Of a stretch of DNA of 64,000 nucleotides, positions 9,691 through 19,000 are shown one piece after another (the stretch's first letter is position 1; each line of letters begins with the position of its first letter). The position numbers and the translations under genes are program-made. The notes under the pieces are model-generated. The model did not search any database. It worked only from the letters and a program-made list of their open reading frames with translations, and was not told where the DNA came from. Origin of the DNA: a virus; the IMG/VR virus record IMGVR_UViG_3300017748_000001, positions 32,001 to 96,000 of that record. One strand, 5' to 3'.

Positions 9691-10230
9691 TTAAGATACT
9701 GGTACGCTATACCATCCTGATCCTGTGAAGATGTACAGTCTGTTGGTAGAAGTAACGAGTGCTTGATCGCCCGCGTTATTTCCACTCAAAGGTAATTCTG
9801 ATGAATTAGTATAAACTGTCAAACCACCCGCTGGGGCAGTGAAAGAAAATTCACCAGTCACTGAATTATAACTTACGTCTCCACTAGATTGAACTAGCCC
9901 TCTTGTTCCACCTTCAGAAAAATACTGGTTTGTAGAACCAGCAGGAACATCATCAGAACTAGAAATAGAAACACCGCCGGTGTCTACATCTCTTGTGATA
10001 AGTTTCTTAATTCCTCTACTTAACTTGTCTACTTCGCCTGCATTAGCAGTCGTGGATAGAGACAATGCTCGAATGTTGAAATCTCCCTCAACATCTCCGT
10101 CTGTATCCAAACCTGTATTCTTTGCGGCTCTAGACAACTTTAATACATTATCTACATCCGCACCACCGACCTCTGCACGAATTTTTGTTTTCATCGCGCC
10201 GATTGCGTTTTGTAAATTTGAATCTGCCAT
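9691..10230 (-). CDS. Short paralog (stub): shared N-terminal module plus class A stalk, no payload
   Basis: Aligns with the N-terminal ~175 aa of 1382..3634 and 3680..5584 and stops at LYIFTGSGWYSVPVS, exactly where those continue into an Ig domain. Confidence 0.8.
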   Translation of the reverse strand: MADSNLQNAIGAMKTKIRAEVGGADVDNVLKLSRAAKNTGLDTDGDVEGDFNIRALSLSTTANAGEVDKLSRGIKKLITRDVDTGGVSISSSDDVPAGSTNQYFSEGGTRGLVQSSGDVSYNSVTGEFSFTAPAGGLTVYTNSSELPLSGNNAGDQALVTSTNRLYIFTGSGWYSVPVS

Positions 10231-10266
10231 GTCTTTTATCCCTCGTTATTTTGTTTTATTATATTG

Positions 10267-10857
10267 TTAGGAAGCAACAAATGAACCGAATGCAGTCCAT
10301 GCAGTTCCATTCCAATAATAAATGTTGCTGTTCTCTAGAACATATGCAAAGTCACCATTGCTTGCACTTGCGGGCAATCCAGCAACTGAGTTATATTCTG
10401 CAGCGATAGTTTTATTTACTAAGGTTTCTCCCGTAAATCCAGAACCAGTATAAACTGGAACTTCTCCGTTAGAAACACTGGTTAAATCAGAAACATCTGA
10501 TAGTGCTGGTGTTCCCCAAGAGACATTTGTTCCGTCTGTTGTAAGATACTTACCACCATTTCCAGATTGTGTAGGAAGTTCTCTTCCTGTTTCTGTATTA
10601 GGTTGAACCAAGTCCAATACCTTTGACAAACTGTCAGAAAGATCTAAAAGAGTATCGACATCATCTTCTGTAGAAAGAAGAGACTCCAATCTTGCGTTGA
10701 TTAATGTTTCGATTGTTACATTATCAGTTTCTCTTAGATTCTTGACCATTCTTGCATATTTCAAGAGTTCGTCTTTGTTTGCGGTAGAGACTTGTGCTTC
10801 GATGTCAGCAACCATTGTAAGTCTTGCTGCGTCTAATGCGCTATCTAAATATGACAT
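10267..10857 (-). CDS. Short paralog (stub): shared N-terminal module plus class B stalk, no payload
   Basis: LPTQSGNGGKYLTTDGTNVSW...LPASASNGD...IYYWNGTAW matches the equivalent region of 5589..9635. Confidence 0.8.
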   Translation of the reverse strand: MSYLDSALDAARLTMVADIEAQVSTANKDELLKYARMVKNLRETDNVTIETLINARLESLLSTEDDVDTLLDLSDSLSKVLDLVQPNTETGRELPTQSGNGGKYLTTDGTNVSWGTPALSDVSDLTSVSNGEVPVYTGSGFTGETLVNKTIAAEYNSVAGLPASASNGDFAYVLENSNIYYWNGTAWTAFGSFVAS

Positions 10858-10880
10858 TCGTTTTCTCCGTTATAATTCTT

Positions 10881-11756
10881 TTAGTTTGCAGCCGTTACTG
10901 CGACCCAAGGACTTTCAACAGTGATAGTCCCTACCATTGATGAGTGATTTCCACATTGATAGTATAGAGTAGAAGGAGCATCTGAAGGAACTGTGATTGT
11001 TACACTTCCTGATGTTGCTCTAGAATTTGTTACTCCACTTGTGTATTCTCCAGTATAACTTCCAGAATTGCTTGTCGCAAAGTAGAAAGGATGAGATGAA
11101 GTTGAAGTTCCATCAAGTGCGAATGTGTATGTGCTTCCTCTGTAGAAAGTCAATGCAGGATTATTCTCTGAATTAATAACATATGCACCAGTTACTGCAG
11201 TTACACCGTGAGTTACATTCTTCACACAATAGAATTTGAAGTCTGTACCACAAAGAACTAGTTCGCCTTTCTCACCATCTGTTGGGAGACTTGCGGCGTC
11301 TGCGTAGTATCGAATCTTTGCAGCATCAGCAGGAGTAGAAACAAATGCAGTTGAACTAGAATCGTAAACTAGAATATCTCCAGCGGTAGGAGTTCCAGAT
11401 AGGGCATTCATATCAGACAAAGATACTTTTGCCCACTGAGTAGACATACCATTTGTCTTTAGAATTCTATCGGATATACCAGTATCATCTGGAAACTGGA
11501 TACCATCTACAAATTTTGTTTCCAACATATTTGCGACAGCTCTAGATAGTTTAAGTTTTTCGTCAATCGTTGCAGTAGAATACAACGAACTTACTCTTGC
11601 GTTGACAGCAGATTCTGCTGTTGAGTCATCAGTCTTTTTGATTTTTTTAAGTGCTTCGGTGATGTCAGCAAGTTCTGATGCGGTTGCACTTGAAATAAGT
11701 GATTGACCTCTAGAAAGTACTGCAGCAATCGAAGTGCTTAGATTTGAATCCGCCAT
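10881..11756 (-). CDS. Paralog with shared N-terminal module, class B stalk and C-terminal cupredoxin/plastocyanin-like domain
   Basis: NPALTFYRGSTYTF...HPFYF...V.ITVPSDAPSTLYYQCGNHSSMVGTITV, giving a His...Cys-x2-His-x2-Met arrangement. Confidence 0.75.
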   Translation of the reverse strand: MADSNLSTSIAAVLSRGQSLISSATASELADITEALKKIKKTDDSTAESAVNARVSSLYSTATIDEKLKLSRAVANMLETKFVDGIQFPDDTGISDRILKTNGMSTQWAKVSLSDMNALSGTPTAGDILVYDSSSTAFVSTPADAAKIRYYADAASLPTDGEKGELVLCGTDFKFYCVKNVTHGVTAVTGAYVINSENNPALTFYRGSTYTFALDGTSTSSHPFYFATSNSGSYTGEYTSGVTNSRATSGSVTITVPSDAPSTLYYQCGNHSSMVGTITVESPWVAVTAAN

Positions 11757-11817
11757 TTATGATTCTCCTTTGCGAAAATTAGAATTAATTTAATCTCATC
11801 AAGTAATTGTATGTGTA

Positions 11818-11825
11818 TATTTATG
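11818..11825 (-). promoter_or_regulatory. Probable late promoter variant CATAAATA heading the six-paralog operon
   Basis: TATTTATG on the + strand in the AT-rich intergenic gap. An AAGGAG RBS precedes the ATG at 11756. Confidence 0.55.
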
Positions 11826-11875
11826 GATTTATTTCTCTCAAGACACCCGAAAATAGAAATAATTTTAAAATATTT

Positions 11876-12097
11876 TTAACTTTTTGTTTCCCTGACTTCT
11901 TGAGATGTACCAACGAAGTATAAACTACCCTCTAATACTCTCTCTGCGATATCAAAAAGTTCTCTCTGATATCTAATATATGCCATTTTTTCTTCTTTCG
12001 AAGAATTTGCATCATAAAAATTGAAGTCTTCTAGGTTCTTTTCTATCTTACTTATAAATGTAAGAAGTTGAGGCCCGTGTACAGTTCTCTTACTCAT
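11876..12097 (-). CDS. Small hypothetical protein (73 aa)
   Basis: ORF overlaps the upstream small ORF by 8 bp. Charged, likely helical. Confidence 0.6.
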   Translation of the reverse strand: MSKRTVHGPQLLTFISKIEKNLEDFNFYDANSSKEEKMAYIRYQRELFDIAERVLEGSLYFVGTSQEVRETKS

Positions 12098-12296
12098 TTT
12101 CTAACATCAACTCCATAATAGTTAAATAGTTTTTAACTAATCGCAAATCTTCAGAATATCTTTCTCTAATATCGTCTTCATTAAAATCTGCGAGAATGCA
12201 GTTCTGTTTAAGAATACTAACCGCCTCTTCAATAGCCTCTCTCACTCTTTCCGGACTTTTCATTGTCTGGATATTATATAGTCTCATTGGAACCAT
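12090..12296 (-). CDS. Small hypothetical protein (68 aa)
   Basis: Preceded by an AAGGAAAG purine-rich RBS-like stretch and the promoter at 12326-12333. The true start may be a later Met. Confidence 0.6.
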   Translation of the reverse strand: MVPMRLYNIQTMKSPERVREAIEEAVSILKQNCILADFNEDDIRERYSEDLRLVKNYLTIMELMLENE

Positions 12297-12325
12297 TTAT
12301 CTTTCCTTTTAAATGTTCACCTTAC

Positions 12326-12333
12326 TATTTATA
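12326..12333 (-). promoter_or_regulatory. T4-type late promoter TATAAATA
   Basis: TATTTATA on the + strand, just downstream (minus sense) of a terminator. Confidence 0.75.
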
Positions 12334-12353
12334 ATATATTTTCCGAAGAACAT

Positions 12354-12382
12354 AAAAAAAGGGGAGCAATGCTCCCCCTTTT
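12354..12382 (-). terminator. Rho-independent terminator (possibly bidirectional)
   Basis: Minus strand GGGGAGC-ATT-GCTCCCC followed by T7, about 20 nt after the stop of 12402..15503. A short T tract also flanks the other side. Confidence 0.85.
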
Positions 12383-12401
12383 ATCACTTAATAGATATCT
12401 A

Positions 12402-15400
12402 TTAAATATCTGACATTGACATTACAGATACTCTAACGTGTCTTGCTTCCGTGAGGTAACAAGTAAGAGTATTTGCGTCAGTCTCTTCTACAGGTACGAG
12501 ATCGTTAGCATACAATCCGTCATCACCCAATACCATAACTTGTACAACCAAGAAGTTGGAGTTCAAGTTATGTGAAATTGTGTGAGTCGTAGCAGTTGAT
12601 GTAGACTGGAAGGTAAACTTCGTAGAGTTTACAGCAGATCTGATCGCACTGTCACCAGAAATTCTAGCAGCAGTTTCTGTTGAGAGGTCACCCTCAACAT
12701 CAGAGATCAGTGAGTCTAACTCAGAATGACTAGCAGCAATCTGCGCGTCAAGAGCAGCATCAACACCCTTCATGGTTGTAGCAGAATCAATATAGTTCGA
12801 TCCACTGTGAGCGGAGAACGAACCATCTGCATTCAAACCAGCAGCAGCTTGAGTTGCATCAACTTCAGATTGCAGACCAGAAATTCCAGTTGTAATTGAA
12901 CCAGAAACTGAATCCGCAACAGACTTGATTTGTGCATCAAGAGCTTCGTCAGCAGATACTAATGAAGTCGCAGAAGCAAGATAGTTCGTAGAACCATTTG
13001 CTGTGTACGAACCATCTGTTCCAAGACCAGCGCCAGACTGAGTAGCATCCAATTCAGATTGGAGTGCGGTGTCGGCGGATGTTCTAGCAGAAGCTTCGGC
13101 AGTATCGGCAGAAGATCTAGCAGAAGCTTCCGCAGTAACTGCAGCAGTTCTATCTGTAACTTCTTGAGCAATCGCGTCAGCATTTGCTTTTGCCTGATCG
13201 TCTAACAACGAGTCAGCGTTTGCCAATGAAGTTGCACCAGAGATGTAATCTGCAGAACCGTCAGCACTGTAAGAACCATCTGTTCCAAGACCAGCACCAG
13301 ACTGAGTAGCATCTAATTCAGTCTGAAGACCAGAGGCATCAGATTGAAGGTTAGAAATGTCAGTAATTACTGAAGAAGCAACTCTAACACCAGAAGCCGT
13401 CTTTGTAAGAGTGGCACCGTCCAACTTCAACTGAAGCGTAGCAGCAGTATCTGTTGAAGAGGTAGATCCATCTGTAGACAACATCATACCAGAATCAGAC
13501 GCGAGGTCTAGACCAATTTCGTCTGAAGGTAGTTCTACAACACCAGCACCAAATGACAAGAACAGTTCATTACCATTCTTCTTGATACCAGCACCAGCTT
13601 CGATTTGTCCAGCACCTGAGAACTGTTCAAACGCCATGCTGGTAGAACCAACTGTGATTGCGTCTGCACTTACAAGTACGAAACCGTTGCTTGCGTTTGT
13701 AGTACCTTCTTCAACGAATGTGAACGCACCAGAAGTAACTTCGACATCAGAATCAAAATCTCCTGCTCTTACAGCAGCACCAGATGCCTGAACGACATAG
13801 ATACCGTTTTGACTTGCAGTAGACTGATCTTTAACAAGTACTCTGTCACCAGTTACCAATGAAACACCGTCAACTGTTGAACCATTAGCGAGTGCGCTTG
13901 AAAGGTCTACATTTCCTGTTGTAGCAACTCTTACTGAACCCTTAACATCAAGACCTTGAGAGTTCGCATCTACATATGCCTTTGTGGCAGCATCTGCGTC
14001 ATCTGTTGGTGAAGGCAAGTTAGTGATTCGGTTGTTACTCATGTTCAGAGTACCAGCCATTGTATCACCGGCCTTCTCTACTGCAGCGTCAGCAACAACA
14101 GATACTGCTGCGATAGCAGCGTCTAGTGCGGCGTCAACAGCCTTGAGGTTTCCAGATCCATCAATGTAGTTAGAACCACTGTGGGCGGTCATTGAACCGT
14201 CAGCAGCAAGACCAGCACCAGTTTGTGTTGCGTCTAACTCTGATTGCAGTGCCGCGTCAGCGTTTGCTCTAGAAGTTGCTTCAGAGGTGTCTGCAGCAGA
14301 TCTAGCCGAAGCTTCGGCAGTAACTGCAGCAGTTCTATCCGTAACTTCTTGTGCAACAGCATCTTCATTCGTCTTGACTTGAGTATCAAGTGCTTCAGCA
14401 GCACCTTTGACAGTAGTAGTTGAGTCGAGGTAGTTAGTACCACTGAATGAATCAAATGAACCGTCAGAAGCAAGTCCGACAGCAGCCTCGATTGCATCAA
14501 CTTCATTTTCTAGGGCAGTAATACCACTAGATACTGATCCAGCAACTGAATCTGCAACTGTCTTGATCTGTGCATCCAAACGTGAGTCTGCATCATGCAA
14601 AGATGTTGCAGCAGTAATGTAATTAGATGAACCATCAGCAGTATAACCGCCGTTAGCATCAAGACCAGCACCAGTTTGACTTGCGTCTACTTCAGACTGA
14701 ACTGCAGCAACAGCAGCATCCAAAAGATCATCAGCATTAGCTAATGATGATGCACCACTGATGTATGTTGCAGAACCGTTAGCGCTATACGCACCACTTG
14801 CAGCAAGACCAGCACCTGATTGAGTTGCATCCAACTCAGACTGTACATTTCCAATAGACGTTGCATTTGCGCTGTCTGCAGAAGCTCTTGAAGTGGCCTC
14901 AGCAGTAATCGCATCAGCGTTCACCTTGATCTGCGCGTCCAATAAAGAATCAGCATTCTTTAATGTAGTTGCAGTCGTAATATAGTTTGATGAACCATCA
15001 GCGGTATATGAACCGTCTGAGTTTAACCCTGTACCAGATTGTCCAGTGTTAACTTCATCTGATACTGCTTTAATTGCAGCGTCCAACAATGCGTCAGTCC
15101 CTTTAAGGGTTGTTGCACTATCAATATAGTTTGTTCCGCTATGCGACGTTAGAGAACCGTCAGAAGCAAGGCCAGCGCCAGATTGCGTGGCGTCTAATTC
15201 AGATTGAATCGCCGCGTCTGCAGTTTGTCTTGCGGATTCTTCAGCATTGACATCAGCAATTCTATTTGCAGTTTCTGCTGCAATTGCTGCTGTCATCTCT
15301 GTGAGTGTAACCGCTTGACGTACTACGACTTGATCGCTTCCGTCTAAACTAGAGAATTTAAATACCTTCTGAGTAGTATTATACCACAAACGACCAGCGG

Positions 15401-15503
15401 CCGCGGGTGTGGGGTCGGCAGCGACTTGCTCAATTCGTAAACTTTCGATTACTGAATTGTCTGCAAGCTTAATGCCATGAAATTTAATGTACTTATTAGA
15501 CAT
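12402..15503 (-). CDS. Long segmented fibre protein (1033 aa) with nine ~48-aa repeats and a central phage-fibre domain
   Basis: Nine copies of QSELDATQ(S/T)GAGL..DGS....G.NYI..ATSL..AD.LLDAQIK. Central DAATKAYVD...VDGVSLVTGDRVLVKDQSTASQNGIY motif seen in many phage fibres. C-terminal HTISHNL domain. Confidence 0.75.
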   Translation of the reverse strand: MSNKYIKFHGIKLADNSVIESLRIEQVAADPTPAAAGRLWYNTTQKVFKFSSLDGSDQVVVRQAVTLTEMTAAIAAETANRIADVNAEESARQTADAAIQSELDATQSGAGLASDGSLTSHSGTNYIDSATTLKGTDALLDAAIKAVSDEVNTGQSGTGLNSDGSYTADGSSNYITTATTLKNADSLLDAQIKVNADAITAEATSRASADSANATSIGNVQSELDATQSGAGLAASGAYSANGSATYISGASSLANADDLLDAAVAAVQSEVDASQTGAGLDANGGYTADGSSNYITAATSLHDADSRLDAQIKTVADSVAGSVSSGITALENEVDAIEAAVGLASDGSFDSFSGTNYLDSTTTVKGAAEALDTQVKTNEDAVAQEVTDRTAAVTAEASARSAADTSEATSRANADAALQSELDATQTGAGLAADGSMTAHSGSNYIDGSGNLKAVDAALDAAIAAVSVVADAAVEKAGDTMAGTLNMSNNRITNLPSPTDDADAATKAYVDANSQGLDVKGSVRVATTGNVDLSSALANGSTVDGVSLVTGDRVLVKDQSTASQNGIYVVQASGAAVRAGDFDSDVEVTSGAFTFVEEGTTNASNGFVLVSADAITVGSTSMAFEQFSGAGQIEAGAGIKKNGNELFLSFGAGVVELPSDEIGLDLASDSGMMLSTDGSTSSTDTAATLQLKLDGATLTKTASGVRVASSVITDISNLQSDASGLQTELDATQSGAGLGTDGSYSADGSADYISGATSLANADSLLDDQAKANADAIAQEVTDRTAAVTAEASARSSADTAEASARTSADTALQSELDATQSGAGLGTDGSYTANGSTNYLASATSLVSADEALDAQIKSVADSVSGSITTGISGLQSEVDATQAAAGLNADGSFSAHSGSNYIDSATTMKGVDAALDAQIAASHSELDSLISDVEGDLSTETAARISGDSAIRSAVNSTKFTFQSTSTATTHTISHNLNSNFLVVQVMVLGDDGLYANDLVPVEETDANTLTCYLTEARHVRVSVMSMSDI

Positions 15504-15574
15504 ATTTTCCTCTCTGTTAAAAAGATTTATTTTTGCAAAATTAAATGATCCGGTAACTCGAATCGACAGTGTTC

Positions 15575-15582
15575 TATTTATA
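15575..15582 (-). promoter_or_regulatory. T4-type late promoter TATAAATA
   Basis: TATTTATA on the + strand, intergenic, upstream of 15503. Confidence 0.75.
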
Positions 15583-15599
15583 AAAAGAGAAGAGTTTAA

Positions 15600-16034
15600 T
15601 TATGGGGTTTCTGGTAACAATTCTACATTGTCGAAAATAACATCAACATAGCCAGTAATTGTTTCTGAGAGGTGTACTTTGAAACTATTAGAATCTAGTA
15701 CTTCCACATAGGCAAGAAATGGAGTTCCGTCCGTTTCGAAAAGTTTTTCATGAAACGAAGTAGTTCCTTTGTCATGTTGGATGACCCACTGATTCGCAGC
15801 ACTATTAATAACATATCTAAATGTTCTTAATACAGGTTTGTTTATCAGATCTGTGTAATCTGAAGATACAGCAATACTTGCAAGTTCTAAATTAGTTCTC
15901 GCTTCTTCAGCAGTGGAACCACCAGTTCCACCATGCTCCAGGCCGATGTGCTCGCCGGTTTGAAATTCAGCGAGCCCTTCGGTATTTCCTGTGCCATCCT
16001 TATTAACTCTAATTGGGATAGTAGAGTTAGACAT
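15600..16034 (-). CDS. Small virion-associated protein (144 aa)
   Basis: N-terminal GLAEF...GGTG...EARTNL motif. The C-terminal QWVIQHDKG...VEVLDSNSFKVHL domain resembles the C-terminus of the adjacent 1033-aa fibre. AGGAG RBS. Confidence 0.7.
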   Translation of the reverse strand: MSNSTIPIRVNKDGTGNTEGLAEFQTGEHIGLEHGGTGGSTAEEARTNLELASIAVSSDYTDLINKPVLRTFRYVINSAANQWVIQHDKGTTSFHEKLFETDGTPFLAYVEVLDSNSFKVHLSETITGYVDVIFDNVELLPETP

Positions 16035-16047
16035 ATTTCACTCCTAC

Positions 16048-19000
16048 TTACGATGATAGGAGCCGTGTATCCGCCTGTGATGATGTGATTCCATATCCAG
16101 CGACCATTGTCAAAACTCTCATACCATTACCAAATGGTTTAGTTGACATCAGGGCTTTATAGAGTCTTCTCTTATCTGTCGTTCCGGCAGTACTGAATCT
16201 ATCACTTGTTATCAAAGTATCCTGACCTACGGCACCTCCATCAGAAAACGCAATCAAATCCAATTCTTTTCCTGTAAAGAAGTATCTTTGTGATCCCAAC
16301 CTATTCGGGAATTGGATTACTAATTGTCCGTCTTCATTCAATGCAAGTTGTTCTAATATATTTAGTACCGCATGAGAGTCCGTCTCAGATATACCGGCGA
16401 AAACGTGTCTATCCCAAGGTTTCAGTACGTCTTTCTCGCGAACTACGAATCTTCTGAATCGTCCTTGGTTCTCAATATCAAAGGCTTTCAATTCTTGTTC
16501 TACGAATTCGTCAACCCTAAAGTCGAAGATTCTAGATCCGAATTGATTTGTCAAACCTTCTACAAAGACAGAAGTTGTTCTGTCTATTGTTTCTCCACTC
16601 GCCTCATCTACAGAGAAGAAAGGAGTCAAATCCGAATACAATAACGGTGGCTCTGAAGTCTGGTATACGCAGTGTACTGGTTGTGATAATGAATCATAAT
16701 CCGGAACACCAGTTGTAGAATCAACGTGTCTCTGAATAACAAACCATGCGTAATCGTCTGCCTGTGTGCTTGCTGCCTGATCTCTTAGGTAAAAAACAAC
16801 ACCATGATCCGCTACAGTCAATGTATAACTCATTGGGTATGTCAAAGCAACATTTCTTTCTTGCTTTCCAGTTCTTCTAAAGAATCCTTTTTGCATCCTT
16901 AGAGTACCAGTATTGAATGGAGTATCAAATACTAATTCTGTACTTGATCCTCTCAGATACTTATCTTCGTATCTAAATTCTGATTTGGTTGTTTCTGTTC
17001 CGTCAGAACTTCCTCCACCAAGAACTCTTTCTCCCTCTGTACCAGCAGAAACTTTATTGTAGTCGTTATAACCGACAATACCAGCAGAAGGATTCAGACC
17101 ACTGGTTCTGATTGCCTTGAGAGATTGTACTTCCAAGAAATCAGTAACTTCTGGAGATATTAAGTGAGTTCTTGCTCGGACATATCCTGAGTATTGAGGT
17201 CTAACTCCACCAAGGAATCCTGGCTCTCTAAACTCGCCCCTTTCAAGACCATCAGCACTTTGTATCGATGTTACAGTACCGTCTGCCTTAATCTGATATT
17301 CTGTGGCAACGTGAACCTTCAAATATTCAAAGTCTGTATTTCCTTTACTTCCCCCAACACCCTGATAGTTTTGGGTTGCGATAAACGGAGACGCATCAGT
17401 TACTTCATAACCTCTGCTGACTTCAAAACGAATTCTCCAAGGTTGATCTCCTGCGACACCACCCAAGTTTGATTGGTCATTTGTTTCTAAAACAACTGGG
17501 CCAATTGAGTGATCTGAGATTACTTCAAAACTTTCTAATTCTAATCCACACTCATGGTATGGGAAAGAAGAATAGTGTGCGTAGTTATCAGATACAGAAA
17601 CTTCTGGATGGAATCCACGCAAATCAGGATCGAATGATGTCTCTGGGCCCTTTCTATCTCCTTGAGAAATAAATCCTTCAGTAGAATATGTAGAACCAGC
17701 ACCAGATACAAACTTAGGCCCTGATGCACCAACAACGTGTTGTTTGTAGGAAGTAAAGTACTTAGTATTACCTCCCAAAGTTGTTGGATGCGTTACCGCA
17801 TTCGCTGAAGCAGTGGCCGCATTATTATAACCAGCACCAACCGCATCTGATAAGTGCGATATTGGATCTGCAAATGTTCCAAAGTCTCTTGCAAATGGGA
17901 ACTTAATTTTGACCTTTTGTCTTCCCAAAGATTCTGGCAATTGTGACCGAACAAATCCAACAGAAGTCAGAGGCCCTAAGTTAGGCGCTGCTTGTGCATT
18001 GAAATCTAACATAGTCATAGGCGTTACTGTTAGTTCACCTGCGAAAACTGCTTCTGATGGTAAGTCATCAATATACATTGTATTGTTGACATACTGAATT
18101 CCATCCCAAACTTCCATATCATACAAAGATACCGTAGTTGGAATATCTGTATAACTGTTTGATGTCATTTCGTTCATCATTAACAAGAATGCATCGTCAG
18201 CAAGAGAATCAGTTCCTGTCATTACAGAACTGAATGGATCCGAATCTGCAGTTCCAGCAGTATGAACTGTTGTATACTTGACAGAGTTCTCGTTCATCAA
18301 ACCATATGCACCAGTTTGGTTATGTATGGTAGTTTTATCCAAATACGCCCATGAATCTGTATTATACTCAAACTTAATTAGGTTAGACTCTAAACTAACT
18401 TTCATAAACTTGGAGACATAAGAATTCTTCATTACAGAGGTTCTTATCGCAGAACCTAATGCCGCAGCACTGAAATATTTTCTATCTGCAACATATTCCA
18501 AATTTAAATCGAATGTCGTTGGAGTGCTATATGTTTCAGAAGTAGAACTTTGAGATATTAAACCTTTTAGGACAAACTCAAATTTATCTCCATAGTACGC
18601 TTCGCTTGGAAGTGCAAAATCTACTTTGTGATGATAACCTCCCAGATAATAATTTCCGTCAGCATCCGAAGTGGTGTCTACTGTAGAACCAAATGATCCA
18701 TTTATCGCAGTTACTCCGATAGGTGCAGCAACAGCATTTCTCAATGAAGTATCGACAGCACCCATACCAGCGTTTGACCTTGAAGATTCTGTCCTGATTG
18801 GTTCTTTAGATTCTTGTCTGGTAGATGAATCATATCCTATTGCTAGATCAAAACCAACTTCATTAGATCTAAAGATAATATTAGAAGTATTCTGAGAATC
18901 TATTTCAAAACTATACTCAGGAAGATTATCGTTAAATAAATCTACCAAACGAGCGGCGAAAGTTGAAACTGAAGTAGATTCTACAGTAACTGTTAATTGT

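Noticed and set aside
9636-10857. The two stub paralogs as pseudogenes truncated by frameshift or nonsense mutation
   Set aside because: Both end at the domain boundary, and the short downstream gaps (55 and 36 nt) show no remnant of an Ig or propeller payload and lead straight to the next RBS/ATG.
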